A DNA stretch of 64,000 nt from Eledone cirrhosa. Lineage: Eukaryota. The notes under the pieces are model-generated. The model saw nothing but the letters and a program-made list of their open reading frames with translations, was not told where the DNA came from and made no database searches. Below are positions 1 to 14,361 of the stretch, piece by piece (within the stretch, counting starts at the first letter, position 1; each line of letters begins with the position of its first letter). The position numbers were made by a program, and so were the translations under genes. The stretch is taken from positions 313,224,001 to 313,288,000 of the forward strand of contig OZ024743.1 in NCBI GenBank assembly GCA_964016885.1, written 5' to 3'.

Positions 1-8
1 AAAGTCCT

Positions 9-1090
9 GTGAAAGTAGCTCTCGCAGAACCTCCGACGCTTGTGGAGGTTGCAGTGGCTATTTCGAAGCTGAACAGTGGAAGATCTCCAGGTATGGATGG
101 CATACATGCTGAGCTCCTACAATATGGTGGTGAGAGACTCCTGCAACATCTGCACTCTTTGTTTGGAAGGATATGGGCTAATGAATCCGTACCTGAGGAC
201 TGGAGAGATGCAGTAATGGTGGTCTTGTACAAGGGAAAGGGTAACAGGAATGATTGTGGGAACTACAGAGGTATATCATTGCTTTCTGTCGTAGGGAAAG
301 TTTTATGTAGGGTGCTTCTGGACCGTCTGCTGACACACATTGCAGATTGTGTTCTTCCTGAAAGTCAATCTGGTTTTCGTGCTGGACGTGGCACTACTGA
401 TATGATCTTCTCAGCTAGACAGCTCCAGGAGAAGTGCATTGAACAAGGCTTGGATCTGTATCAGTTTTTTGTCGATCTGACAAAGGCTTTCGATACTGTC
501 AACAGAGAGGCATTATGGAAGGTTCTCCAGAAACTTGGTTGCCCTGATAAGTTCCTTGCTTTAGTTAGGTCTTTCCATGACGACATGAAGGCTTGGATTA
601 ATGTCGGAGGTAACACGTCGGAGCCTATCTCAGTAAAAAATGGAGTGAAACAGGGGGATATTCCAGCACCGACCCTGTTTGCCATATACTTTGCAATGGT
701 TTTCTGTATTGCATTCAGGAATTGCAAGCATGGTGTTTACATCCGATATCGAACCTCAGGCAGCATATTTAACGTCAGGCGCTTTGCTGCGAAGACAAAA
801 GTATTTACATCAATCATAAGAGACCTCTTGTATGCAGATGATTGCGATCTTGTAGCGCACACAGAGAGTGATATGCAGCACATTTTGAATACATTTTCTG
901 ACGCTTGCACTGCCCTGGGTTTGACTGTCAGTCTCAAGAAAACTGTCGTCATGTACCAACCTGCCCCTAGTAAGCAGTACACTGAACCAAACATCTATGT
1001 GTATGGCAAACGACTTGGAGTGGTTGATCAGTTTGTCTACCTGCTAAGCACTGTCAATCGATACGGCAACCTTGACAGTGAAATCTCATC
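9..1090 (+). mobile_element. RTE-clade LINE reverse transcriptase fragment (cut by window start, 3' end replaced by another element)
   Basis: ORF 9..1286 has SPGMDGI, NYRGISLLS, QSGFR, FVDLTKAFDTV, GVKQGD and LYADD motifs; homology ends near 1090 at (TATG)n. Confidence 0.9.
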
Positions 1091-1112
1091 ATGTGTGTAT
1101 GTATGTATGTAT

Positions 1113-1795
1113 GTCAGGTCACCAGTTGGTGCTACTGGTAACATGTATCACAGTACAACCTGTCTCATGGTAGGGTCGTTGGCGACTAAACTGGCAACCC
1201 CACCAAGGTTTCTTGGTGAGGAGAGTGACTTTGGACATCCTGCAGGACTAAAAACAAAACCTGTCAAAGGGCAAAGGAGCTCTTAAGAGTCAATGGCCAT
1301 CCAAAATCACCGGGAGAGATGACCCCTTAGCCTTTGTCAAGGCAGAATTCTAGGAGAAGGAAAACTCTGATATAACACCTGCAACCCTGATGGTATCCAA
1401 TGATGTTGACTTTTTCTTCTTTTTGGTAAATATCATCTTGGTTAAGAGAGTGGGACTGGCTTTGTGCAGTGCCTTTGCTCACTATAAAAGCTTCACAACA
1501 CAGGCATTGCTTTATATCTGGAGATATGTCTATACTTGTCGTCACATGGTACTAGCACTATGTGTCAATAATTGTCACAAGTGTAGTGTTGGTACCAGAG
1601 TTTTCAAGTCGCTGGCTGGACTAAAAAGTCACACTCGTTCAGCGCATCGGTAGGGGTTCTCCTACATGGATATAAAGTAGTGGCCGTACTCGAAAACGAG
1701 TTGGTAGCCACCATGTATGTATGTATGTATGTATGTATGTATGTATGTATGTATGTATGTATGTATGTATGTATGTATGTATGTATGTATGTATG
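1113..1795 (+). mobile_element. Non-autonomous bipartite RTE-derived element, family A, with (ATGT)n tail
   Basis: Near-identical to 8692-9285; RTE-like 5' leader (TAGGAGAAGGAAAACTCTGA), C-terminal zinc-finger remnant (CSVGTRVFKSLAGLKSHTRSAHR), 3' stem-loop and (ATGT)n. Confidence 0.75.
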
Positions 1796-2399
1796 TTCTG
1801 ATAAGCCGTTAGGTTTGTCGAAGTCTCGAACCAAGTAGACACTAGTAACAAAAATATTGACTGAATATGCAAATTATGAGACCTTATGTCAGTGTATGGC
1901 TAATATGTTTATTACCCAAACCCACGAAACGAATACATAGCATCACCCCACTATACACACATGTATATATATATATTCTACATTCTTAAGGATGTAGAAT
2001 CTTAAATATCTGATGTATTTATTTTTCGGGTGACTACCTTCGTATGGAGAAAAACTGTTTCCTCTGGAAAGGTTAAATAACATTAATAGAATGAGTACGT
2101 ATTATGTACTCACTCATTTAAAACTGGTCTTTCTTATTCTTGTAATATGAAACACGAAGGAAAAAATATATATAAGTAAAGAGTAAACGTGAATAGCAAG
2201 GAGGTATACCACAGGATGGATCAAAAGTATTTTCGTATTTCAAGTTTTACTTAATAGTTCCCACAAATAACATACGAAAAGTATTTATTCATAAACATAT
2301 ATACCATCATATTCTATTGTTTGTTGCCATCGTTGTGTTAGAAGCTTATTTCCACGCTTATGCCATTTGGCTGGTTTAGAGGGAAAACACTCCCTGCAT

Positions 2400-3100
2400 C
2401 CGTTTTTAACCTCATCCACATTGTTGTATCTCAGTCCGTGCAGGAAATGTGCCACGGCTCAGAAAGGTGGAAATCTGATGGTGCAATGTATGGACTGTAG
2501 GCAGGTTAAGGCAGCAGTACTAGCCCCTCAAGTTCATAAAGTTTGCGCTAGGTCTTATTGGCAGTGTGTACTGGGGAATTGTCATGCTGTAGAAGTGCGC
2601 ATCTTCGATTGACCAATGTCAGGAAACGGGCTTTCAAAGCATCATATACTCGCTGCAATAGTTAAGCATAAAGGTTATCACTTTCTTCCTCAGTAACATT
2701 TCAACGCCAGAAACGGGCATCTCGAGGATTTGCTAGCAGTTGTTTGCAAATTCTCACACGTTGTTGAGCCTGGTCATTGATCAGTTAACGAGGAACTTCT
2801 CGACAACGTCTGTTCATAAGGCCGAGCTTATGGAGGTGTTGATGGTACTTTGTGAAGGACAAAGTTCTGCCGACAATGTACGAGTGCTTGTGTTTGGTTG
2901 TTCAACTATTTCAAACAGGGCTCCAGCTTTCAAAACAGACGGTCTCCATGGTTTGCCTTCGAAGCTGGTGTCACATCCTTGACACCACGTCTGAACCAGT
3001 TTTGTGCCATACATTCGTTGACAGTTCCTGGGACTTCTACGCCATTAATTTCTTTTGTTATTTCCCTTGCCCTAAGTCCTTTTTTAGCATGTAACGTAAA
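2400..3100 (-). pseudogene. Decayed mariner-type transposase
   Basis: Hand translation of the minus strand gives STRTLSAEL (HTH region), REVPR-L, LLQHDNSPVH and AYSPYIAPSDFHLF (mariner YSPDLAPSD motif), with stops, frameshifts and an internal deletion. Confidence 0.85.
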
Positions 3101-3164
3101 ATGTCTCTAATTGTAAATTTTTCACCACACATTATCAAAGCCGTAAAATAAAGAATAAACAAAT

Positions 3165-3347
3165 AATTGTTTCTACTTTAGGCACAAGGCCAGCAATTAC
3201 CCAGTGCATTACTGGTACTTTATTTTATCGACCCCGTAAGGATGAAAGGCAAAGTCAACCTCGGCGGGATTTGAACTCAGATCGTAAAGGTACGTAACTA
3301 TGCTGGAAAGCATGGTGTCCGACCCTCTACCGATACTGCCAATCCAC
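3165..3347 (-). mobile_element. tRNA-derived SINE (dominant ~185 bp family)
   Basis: A box TGGCAGTATCGG, B box GAGTTCAAATCC, central TTGCCTTTCATCCTTACGGGGTCGATAAAATAAAGTACCAG, end AGTAGAAACAATT. Confidence 0.9.
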
Positions 3348-3389
3348 AACAAATATTGTGTATATGTTATATATGAAAATAAAGAATAA

Positions 3390-3580
3390 ACAATCCAGGA
3401 ACGATTGGACAAGTTGTATAAAATTGGTCCCGCGCTCTTTAACATCATACCAAAACACGTAAAAACAGAAATAGATCCCATAAAATTCAAAAAGTCTTTT
3501 GACAAATTCCTCCAATAAATCCCAGATAAACCGGATATGCCTCCGTAAACAATAACTCTCATGGCCTGGGCAAATACCTT
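3390..3580 (+). mobile_element. CR1/L2-like LINE 3' end fragment
   Basis: Translates to PALFNIIPKHVK...FKKSFDKFL...PDKPD; homologous to 52600-52760. Confidence 0.65.
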
Positions 3581-4095
3581 TCAAAGTTATTAAAGTTAAA
3601 ATTAACATAGAAATACAAGTTGCCAAAAATCATCAGTGAAAATCTGAGAACATTTTTGACTCAATCTGGCATTTAAACATTATCTTGTTTTTTAATCCGG
3701 CAGAACTTGGCGAATTGGCAGAGTCGCTAGAACGTCGGATAGAATGCGTTGCAGTATTCGTTTTGTCTCTCTGCTCTCTGAGTTCAAAAACCACCATGGT
3801 CAACTTTGCCTTTCATACATTCGAGGTCGATAAAAATGTACCAGTCTAGTACTGAGGTCGATTCTTCTTCTATATCTCTTTCTCACTTCCTTTCAATCTC
3901 CATCCTTCTCTGGAAGAAATCTGTTGTATTCATACCTGGAGAAGGATGGAGTTCGCCAAGTTTAAAATGCCCACGAAACGCCGTATGTCACAATGGCGTC
4001 CATACGACTCCATAAAAGATTACGGGACCATTCATGCAATCAGATAGAATAAATATTTTTATAATTGTTACATTAAATGGATCTAAGTGTTGTTA

Positions 4096-4138
4096 AATAA
4101 TACCGGTTTCGATTGGTATGTCAATCTTATCAAATATT
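4096..4138 (-). ncRNA. Minimal type I hammerhead ribozyme-like motif, U3-A8 variant
   Basis: Minus strand AATAT-TTGATAA-GATTG acatac CAATC-GAAA-CCGG-TA-TTATT; stem I is weak (U-U then 4 bp). Confidence 0.55.
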
Positions 4139-4292
4139 AAAAATATGTGTTCTCATGTTTTGTGGGCAGTTAGAATTTATGTGAAATTCTTTCAAAATCC
4201 CATATTATATATAGTTCTTTATGGAGGTGGGGTGATAATAGTGGAAGTGGGATTCATCAGATCAAGATTCAAATGATTCATTAGTAAACCCC

Positions 4293-4378
<86 letters not shown>

Positions 4379-4557
4379 TGTTGTGATATAAGTATGGCCA
4401 CTGTATTCGGTAGTTTTTCTTGGTGTCACACCTTTTAACTGTGTTTTACTCTGGATGAAAATGTTCAGCTTCTCTATCGATTGAGTGCTTTGTGATTGCC
4501 TCAAACAACTCGATTAGAACCTGCTATGTAGCAACTACAAAACTTCAATTCATAACC

Positions 4558-4590
<33 letters not shown>

Positions 4591-4852
4591 ATAAGTAAAC
4601 GGAAATAATACAGTACAATGAAGAAATATATTAATTTAACGCTTGATATAGTAGGAAAAGAGTTTTTCAACAGAGTATAGAATAGGAAATAAAAGATGAA
4701 ATAGAAAATTAGAGAATGAGAAGAGGAAGGAACGGAAAACGTTTTGTTTTGGAGAAGAAGCACGTGTGTATTCAGTCGCTTCGTAGATATATTTGTGTTA
4801 ATGTGCGTATGTATGTGTATAGTTATACATGTGTGGGCACGTATGTACGTTA

Positions 4853-6570
4853 TACGATTGAGGATTAGCTCGTTGTAGATCTCGGCAGCAATGGGCATGA
4901 GTAGTGTTGGGGGTATGAGAGATCACCTTTTTTGGGGACAGGAACCATGCCTGCTTTTAGCCAACTTGTTGGAGGAGTTTTGTTGCTTAAGGTATCATTG
5001 CAGGTTGATAATAGGACTAAAGTAAGTTTGGGTCTTTCCAAATTATACTAAGTATGTTGTCGAGACCGGGTGATCTTTTGTTTTCAAGTGTTTTGACGAC
5101 TTGGTGAAAAGTTCAGTGGAGATGTCAAGTTCAGGTAATACCACAGACTTTGGGAGATCGCCTTCTACAGGGGATGCTTCGCCCAGTAGACCATTGAAGT
5201 GGTCAATCCAGCTCTTTTTCCTAGCTTCTTAAGAGCCTCCTATGGTGATGGGTGAAGGCTTCTCTTTTCTGCTATTTATTTCGTTGACTAGAGCCCATGC
5301 GGCTGCGTGCCATTTGTTTACATAAAGGGTCTTACCTTTGTTTATTTTTCCTTCTACATACCCTGCAAGAGTATGTTGATCCAATCCTTGGCATCAACCA
5401 AAACGGTTTTAGGCGTGGTAGATCTACATATGCACAGATTTTGGCCATGAGAAGAGTAATGGAAGAGATGAGAAACTCCAACAGACAAATGACTCTTGTT
5501 TTTATTGACTTCAGAAAAGCTTTTGACAGCATACACAGAGACATTCTGTTCGAAATTCTACTCTTGTATGGCATCCCAGCAAGACTTGTGGAAGTAATTC
5601 AGGCTCTGTATCTCAACACAAGTGCTACTATCATCACCCCTGATGGCCCAACAGAGTTCTTTGACATCCCAGAAGGAGTGCTGCAGGGTGACACTCTTGC
5701 CCCATTCCTCTTTATCATTGCACTAGATTACGCCCCGAGACTCTCAATTGACAAAATCAATAACAAAGGTATAACCATCAAACCTCGCATCAGCACCCCT
5801 CTAAACATCTCACTGACCTTGACTTTGCGGATGACATTACACTTCTTGCACATTGCCTAGAAAATGCGCAACAACTTTTGACATCTCTCTAGGAAGCAGC
5901 TGCTCTCGTTGGCCTTTATCCCAACGAGGGTAAAACAGAGTACATATCAAACTGTACAAGCAACAACATCAAAGCAATCAATGGCAGTGATATCAAGCAA
6001 GTCAAGGATTTTAAGTATCTTGTGTACTGGATTATGGACTCTGGGAAGGATTTTGCCACCAGAAAAGCCCAAGCATGCTCAGCTTGCAACAGGATGGATC
6101 GAGTTTGGCGCTCAAATCTTTGCAACCACACCAAAATCAGACTCTTCAAGTAACAATTCAACCAATCTTGCTACATGGAAGTGAAACATGGACGCTTTCA
6201 TTCAAACAACAACAGCGCCTTGATGGCACCTACACTCGCCTTCTTCTTCAGAACATAAGGTGGCATCTGACTCTGAAATAAATATATGCCGGCCTCCCAC
6301 GCATATCTGTCGTACGTAAAAGGTAAGTAAGATTTGCTGGCTACTGTCATCGTGCCACTTATGAGGCTGCGTCCCTATTAGTTCTTTGGAAACCACAAGT
6401 AGTCACTAATAACAGGGGGTGGGGGGCAAGCTCTCCTCTCCGATGTCATCTCCTGAGATTCTGGTATTGAAATCCAGGACTTGGCAACGGCAATGAATGA
6501 CAGACCCACGTGGAGATCAATTGTTGAGTCGATTTCGGCTGAGACCACCGGATGATGATGATGATGATGA
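4853..6570 (+). mobile_element. RTE-like LINE, 5'-inverted and decayed, with (GAT)n tail
   Basis: 5364-6550 (+): QNGFRRGRST, FIDFRKAFDSI, GVLQGDTLAP, DFADD, LLHGSETW; 4853-5313 (-) encodes the upstream part (SPGLD, VPVPKKGD, IYNELILNRI). Confidence 0.85.
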
Positions 6571-7074
6571 TGTACGTTATAGTTTAGGTATTGCAAATTT
6601 CATCGTTTAAGAAATGCATATAGAGATGGATATGGTGTTGTTGGTACTGGTGTAATCAATACACACACATACACACACCCACATTCCCACACACATATAT
6701 ATATAGTTTTGTAAATATATGAATGTGGGTTTGATGCTTGTGTGTGTATGTGTATGTGCGTGTGTATGTTTATGTTAATATGTTAGTACACATTTCATCA
6801 CTGAAGAAATGTGTTTTGAAGAAATTCATGAAATTACTCGGAGGAAAACCGATAAGAGATAATTATTTTCTTTTACTGCAGAGTTATACATTTCTATTGC
6901 AAATGTACTTGTTATTCCATTAAAAATACCATTAAGAGAAAGAGGGAGAGAGAAAGAGAGAGATGGAGAGAGGGTAAGAGAGAAAGAGAGAGACGGGGGA
7001 AGTGGGCGAGAGAAAGAGATAGAGAGGGTCGAGATTGATTCCAGAATAATTGTCTTGTGTTCTTGCTAGTTTTA

Positions 7075-7930
7075 GTAATTGGTGGTAGTGTTGATGTTGG
7101 TGCTGATATTGGTGGGGGTGGTGTTGGCGTTACTGGTAGTAGTGTTGGTGGTGTTGGGGTAGATTTTGGTGGTGGTGGTGGTGGTGTTGCTGGTAGTAGT
7201 GTTGGTGGTGGTGGGGTTGATGTTGGTGGTGGTGGTGTTGCTGGTAGTAGTGTTGGTGGTGTTGGGGTAGATTTTGGTGTTGGTGGTGTTGCTGGTAGTA
7301 GTGTTAGTGGTGTTGGGGTTAATGTTGGTGTTGGTGATGGTGGTGTTGCTGGTAGTAGTGTTGGTGGTGTTGGGGTAGATTTTGGTGTTGGTGGTGTTGC
7401 TGGTAGTAGTGTTAGTGGTGTTGGGGTTAATGTTGGTGTTGGTGATGGTGGTGTTGCTGGTAGTAGTGTTGGTGGTGTTGGGGTAGATTTTGGTGTTGGT
7501 GGTGTTGCTGGTAGTAGTGTTAGTGGTGTTGGGGTTAATGTTGGTGTTGGTGGTGGTGGTGTTGCTGGTAGTAGTGTTGGTGGTGTTGGTGTTGGTGGTG
7601 GTGTTGGTGGTGTTGGTGGTGGTGGAGTTGGTGCTGATATTGGTGGTGGTGGTGGTGGTGTTTCTGGTAGTAGTGTTGGTGGTGTTGGGGTTAATGTTGG
7701 TGTTGTTGGTGGTGGCCGTAGTGATGCTTTTGTTGGTGTTGTGTTGATGTTGGTGGTGTTGGTGAGGCTTTTGATGGTACTGTTGTTGGTGTTGGTGGTA
7801 GTGTTGGTGGAGTTTTGTTGGTGGTGCTGCTTGTGTATGTAGTTACGTTGGTTGTGGTGGTATACTTAGTAGTGTATGTGGTGTTAGATTTACGATATTC
7901 GTTTTGGTATAGTTGTTGGTGGTACTGTTA
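7075..7930. repeat. GGT/GTT-rich minisatellite with a 108 bp higher-order unit
   Basis: GGTGATGGTGGTGTTGCTGG recurs at 7333 and 7441; subunits of 51 and 57 bp. Confidence 0.85.
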
Positions 7931-8110
7931 GTGTACGTGCTGATGGTGATGGTGATTGTTGTTGTGGATTTGGTGGTACTTGTGTAATCGATTTGAAACA
8001 ACAATATGTACATTTATCAGGAGACCTACATACATATTTTCACACAAACACATATACTTTTGTATGTATGTATGTATGTATGTATGTATGTATGTATGTA
8101 TGTATGTATG

Positions 8111-8139
<29 letters not shown>

Positions 8140-8141
<2 letters not shown>

Positions 8142-8605
8142 GGGCGGAAGAACTCATAAGAGTCAACGGCCATCCAAAAATGTGTAAATATTTATATACA
8201 CATGTACATATGTATGTATATGTATATGTGTATTGCATGTGTATGTATATGCGCGGGGACACAGAAATAGTCAGGCTTGACACCCGATCGCGCGGTTAAA
8301 CCACTGGGAGTGAAGGACCCCTAACCTTTGTCAGGGCATTCTTCTAGGAGAAGGCAACTCAGGAAACTGGGATAACTCCTATATAAAATCTGCGGTGAGT
8401 AGTTACCAATGATGTTGATCTTTTCTTCTTTTCAGGTTATAGCTACTGTCGCTCAGAGAGTGGGATTGGCTCAGTGCACAGTCTTTCCTCACTTTAAAAA
8501 ATATCTTCACGCACAGGCATTGCACGATAGAATTAGTTAATAAATTTTAATAATGGTATATCTGCAATGGCCATACTCGATAACGAGGGGGCAGCCATCA
8601 TCATC
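8140..8605 (+). mobile_element. Non-autonomous RTE-derived element, family B (5' truncated)
   Basis: Matches 9287-9581 and the reverse complement of 43452-43925; flanked by (ATGT)n. Confidence 0.75.
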
Positions 8606-8640
<35 letters not shown>

Positions 8641-8691
8641 TGTATGTATGTATGTATGTATGTATGTATGTATGTATGTATGTATGTATAT

Positions 8692-9285
8692 GTAACATGT
8701 ATCCCAGTACAACCTGTCCCATGGTCGGGTCGTTGGCGACTAAACTGGCAACCCCACCAAGGTTTCTTGGTGAGGAGGGTGACTTTGGAATCCTGCAGGG
8801 CTAAAAACAAAACCTGTCAAAGGGCAAAGGAGCTCTTAAGAGTCAATGGCCATCCAAAATCACCGGGAGAGATGACCCCTTAGCCTTTGTCAAGGCAGAA
8901 TTCTAGGAGAAGGAAAACTCTGATATAACACCTGCAACTCTGATGGCATCCAATGATGTTGACTTGTTCTTCTTTTTGGTAAATATCATCTTGGTTAAGA
9001 GAGTGGGACTGGCTTTGTGCAGTGCCTTTGCTCACTATAAAAGCTTCACGGCACAGGCATTGCTTTATATCTGGAGATCTCTCTGGACTTGTCGTCACAT
9101 GGTACCATGGGCCCAGCACTATGTGTCAATAATTGTCGCAAGTGTAGTGTTTGTACCAGAGTTTTCAAGTCGCTGGCTGGACTAAAAAATCACACTTGTT
9201 CAGCGCATCGGTAGGGGTTCTCCTACATGGATATAAAGTAGTGGCCGTACTCGAAAACGAGTTGGCAGCCACCATGTATGTATGT
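8692..9285 (+). mobile_element. Non-autonomous RTE-derived element, family A, second copy
   Basis: Near-identical to 1137-1720. Confidence 0.8.
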
Positions 9286-9286
9286 A

Positions 9287-9595
9287 GGAAGGACCCCTAG
9301 CCTTTGTCAGGGCATTCTTCTAGGAGAAGGCAACTCAGGAAACTGGGATAACTCCTATATAAAATCTGCGGCTGAGTAGTTACCAATGATGTTGATCTTT
9401 TCTTCTTTTCAGGTTATAGCTACTGTCGCTCAGAGAGTGGGATTGGCTCAGTGCACAGTCTTTCCTCACTTTAAAAAATATCTTCACGCACAGGCATTGC
9501 ACGATAGAATTAATTAATAATTATTAATAATGGTATATCGTGCAATGGCCATACTCGATAACGAGGGGGCAGCCATCATCATGTATGTATGTATG
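9287..9595 (+). mobile_element. Family B 3' fragment stacked on the family A tail
   Basis: Near-identical to 8312-8605. Confidence 0.75.
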
Positions 9596-9634
9596 TGTGT
9601 ATGTAAATATGTGTGTGCACATATGTATATTTAA

Positions 9635-10155
9635 CTATATATATAAAACTGAGGATGTCTGTCTGTCTGTGTGTGTGTGTGTGTGAGTTTGAATCCCTAA
9701 AACTCGAGAACCACCCAACTGACTGTTTTCAAACTTTACACATGTAATACTTATGGGATCGCAATGGGCGATTTAGCGATCTCTCTTTATAATTCTTAGT
9801 CTTTCTCTTTTTAGATACATACATATAACGTCGCGCCCTTATAATATCTGTCTGTATGTCTGACTGTCTGCATTACGTCACTTACAATCCGCTCTGCGTC
9901 CAAAACGCGCCCTTATAATATCTGTCTGTATGTCTGACTGTCTGCTGCCTCCGAGCAAATGTCACACTCATTACCCAAAGAGTTGGTAAGTGCACACAAC
10001 TTCTTCCTCACGTTTTAAGCCACAGTGTTGCTTACTTACGTACCACCAGGCCCTTACTCTTTTGCCAGCCGTAGTTGTGGCAATACGAAGCTTAGCTAAG
10101 GCGGTTATATATTTCACAGTACCTTATCCCATGCAACACCGGGTACCACTACTAG
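9635..10155 (+). mobile_element. Non-autonomous Helitron-like element
   Basis: Starts CTATATATATAAAA followed by (GTCT)n/(GT)n; ends with the hairpin CCCATGCAACACCGGG and CTAG followed by T. Confidence 0.65.
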
Positions 10156-10165
10156 TATATGTATA

Positions 10166-10224
<59 letters not shown>

Positions 10225-10243
10225 ATGTGTGTGTATGTGTGTG

Positions 10244-10302
<59 letters not shown>

Positions 10303-10489
10303 ACTATCACACATATGCATTCGCAAATTAGTGCAATCAAACAAAGATGCAAATTGATTGCACTTGCATAATCTATATATACATTTACTTATCTATTTAG
10401 TTAAATAATTCACAATTTAAATAATACATATTTAAATACAATAATTTCAAACCAGCTCAAATGCTTCAATAGTCAGTCATGGAAGGATA

Positions 10490-11280
<791 letters not shown>

Positions 11281-11887
11281 CCGAGTGAAATACAGTCACA
11301 ATTTAAATAATACCCATTTAAATGCGCTGGCGTCTAACGAGTTAAGATGCTTTAACAGCCGCCCCTCCCCTCACATCACCATGTGCACTTATATATTGAT
11401 CCTCAGTCGATTGCAGCGAGGACTATCTAGTTTTAGATCAACTAAACGTTACACATAAAACTACCGTGTAAGTAGCTGAGTATTTCAATGACACATGTAT
11501 CACTCTTAGTATAAATCTCAGGCTGAATCAGTGCGACACAGTGTGTGACAAGGTTGTACTCGTTACAATTACTGGTACAGTTACCCCAACGTACGTCTAT
11601 ATAGTTTCTGCCGACAGTCTTCGATGGTCCCTAGATTATGTGTAAAATCTCTTGGACACTGCGCCACACAGTTGCATCATCTCGAACTTTACGGTCTGAG
11701 TTCAAATCCCGCTGAGGGAACTTTGCATTTCATACTTACGGAGTCGATAAAATAAAGTACCAGTAATGCACTGGGATAATTGCTGGCTTTGTGCCAAAAT
11801 TAGAATCAATTATCTCGAACGCAGATCCTTACGACTGCAAGAGGGCTGCTTAACCACTCAGTCATATCTAAGTCTACATAATACATA

Positions 11888-12083
11888 CGAGGGTCGGCTG
11901 AAAAGATCATAGGCTGACCAAGATACTTTCATAGCATGACCAAATGAGGTATATTTTTCAACATAGTCCCTGGAGAGAAAAATCAGTTATTAATAGGAAG
12001 AGTTGAAATTAATGCTTGCAATATTTCACAGCTCTAGCTTCACACTTTCATAGTCAGCTTATGAACCTTTCAGCCGAACCTCG
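11888..12083. mobile_element. Mariner-type MITE with TA target duplication
   Basis: TA|CGAGGGTCGGCTGAAAAGATCATAGGCTGAC ... GTCAGCTTATGAACCTTTCAGCCGAACCTCG|TA; a solo similar end lies at ~34290-34327. Confidence 0.8.
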
Positions 12084-12100
12084 TAGTAAAACATTATTAA

Positions 12101-12279
12101 TTGGCAGTATCGGTAGAGGGTTGGACGCCATGCTTTCTAGCATAGTTACATCCCTTTACAGTCTGAGTTCAAATCCCGCCGAGGTTAACTTTGCCTTTCA
12201 TCCTTACGGGGTCGATAAAATAAAGTACCAGTAATGTACTGGCTAATTGCTGACCTTGTGCCAAAAATAGAAACAATTA
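12101..12279 (+). mobile_element. tRNA-derived SINE
   Basis: Same A/B boxes and body as the other copies. Confidence 0.9.
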
Positions 12280-12489
12280 CTAAAATCTATTTTGCGGTCT
12301 ATTTCACTAGGCAATTGATCAACAACTTTTCTTTTCTATATAGACGTACAGCCTTGTCACACACTGTGTCGCATTGATTCAGCCTGAGATTTATACTACG
12401 AGTGATACACGTGTTATTGAAATACATGCTTTTCTTTGCAATGGTTCACTTCTGATTTTTTATTTCAATTTTACCTGTGTCCCAAATGT

Positions 12490-12710
12490 AAATTACGTTA
12501 TAGCTTATGTGTGTCCCACATTAATATTACGTCATAGATTATGTCTCTCTCATGTATTATCATGTCATAGCTTATATGTGCCCCACATGTATATTATGTC
12601 ATATCATATATGTGTCCTACATGTATATTATGTCATTGCTTATATGTCTCTCTCATGTATATTATGTCATGGCTTATATCTCTCATGTATATTATGTCAT
12701 AGCATATATG
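12490..12710. repeat. ~34 bp minisatellite
   Basis: CATGTATATTATGTCAT recurs about 6 times. Confidence 0.7.
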
Positions 12711-13909
12711 TTTAACTGATCTCAGAATGATATTAACGAAATTGAAAATAAAAATAAAGTAATCAGAGTAATGTTAACATAATTTTGAGAGGAAGAAAGT
12801 CAATGTTAATCATCTTCCAGATACGAATGTTAGTAACATTTATCATGCTTTTGTATTTATTTAATACCCTTAAATCCTGAGGGGTTTTAGGGGCACCGTA
12901 TTGACGGTGTTTTTAGGGCACTTTTTAAAAAGCCTGTTGGAACCCATTTCCTCTTAAGGTTAATACAGCAGATTTCATCCAGAGAAGGAATGAGAGTAAG
13001 AAAATGGAAGTGAGAAAGCGATTTAGAGAAAGAATCGACCTCAATACTTTTTTATCGACCTTGAAAAGCAAAGTTGATCTCGGCGGGATTTGAACTCAGA
13101 GAGCAGAAAGCCGAACGAATACCGCATTCTATCCAACGCTCTAATGACTCTATTAATTCTTTGCCTTAATTCTCATACTACTTTGAGCAAATATTTTTGT
13201 AATCAACCAGCTTGCTGGATATCGATTAAAAAAGAATGACGCATTCTTAAATCTGCGGCATTGGATGCTTCAGAAGAAAATTGTGACTCAATTCACAGAC
13301 AGTAACGCGCCTGGTTTGATGAAACAATGATGGAATAAAAGTTTTAGTTGTTCAAAATCGAAAAGCTAACCCCGAGAAAGAGAACATTCAAAATTCTAAC
13401 GTCAAAGAAAGTGTTTATCATGAAATGATGTCAGAGGCACACAGAAGTCTTAGAAATATGAAGAAGTCTTAGAAATATGAAATATGAAGGGTGGGTTGAC
13501 AAAATTGAAGGAAACACAAGACTACAGATACGGGAGCAAATCAAGAGACATCGCCAAACATATTCGATATGCTTATGATGCTGTCAGTGAGCACAATCCT
13601 ATAACGGGGAGTTTTAGAATCAACTGCCTCACAATAACCATGTGCTCGTTGTCAAAGTTCTCTTAAAACAAAAATATATTTATGCAACCATATTACAACA
13701 CAGATAAATGAAATGGAATCAAATGTTCCATAACGTGAGATGATGCCATGTACTGATTGGTCTGGGACAATCCGTCCAACACTTGGTAACAAAGAAAGAA
13801 AACGGACGTTAAACGATGATGAATTTGCTGATATATATATATTTATATATATATTTATTTATTACTCTATTACGTGTTCCAGCCAACAGACTGAGGCCAT
13901 GCTGGGGCA

Positions 13910-13987
<78 letters not shown>

Positions 13988-14016
13988 AAAGAATAGAGGT
14001 GTAACACACAAGTTAT

Positions 14017-14361
14017 TATATATTGGTAAACGGAATAGAAAATGCTGACAAATTGTTCACAGTTGAAAAATGGTTTAATTAGGAATAAAAGAGTATTAGT
14101 GATTGTATGGGTTAGTATTCAGTTGTGGTTTTAAGTTTTTAAGTTTTTACCGGTTGCGCATTTCTAAATGCTTTTCAAAAATAATTTTGAGATAGAGTGT
14201 CCGTGCTGTTTGAAAAGCATTTAGAAATGCGCAACCGGTAAAAACTTAAAAACTTAAAACCACAACTCAATACTAACCCATACAATCACTAATACTCTTT
14301 TATTCCTAATTAAACCATTTTTCAACTGTGAACAATTTGTCAGCATTTTCTATTCCGTTTA

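Noticed and set aside
1091-1286. C-terminal extension of the 425 aa RT ORF as a novel domain
   Set aside because: Read-through into a microsatellite and the family A element
1796-1852. CTGATAA...GACACTAGTA hammerhead-like relic
   Set aside because: Uncompensated G8A, GACA instead of GAAA and no convincing stem I
4180-4270. Minus-strand CTGATGA-ATCCCA...TGGGAT-ttt-GAAA
   Set aside because: Extra bases before GAAA and no stem I pairing
7057-7842. 261 aa Gly/Val-rich ORF resembling a structural protein
   Set aside because: Explained by a GGT/GTT minisatellite that lacks stops; non-ATG start and no splice or expression evidence
13300-13670. Possible integrase zinc-binding remnant (SEAH...GGLTK)
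   Set aside because: Too short and degenerate to assign without a search
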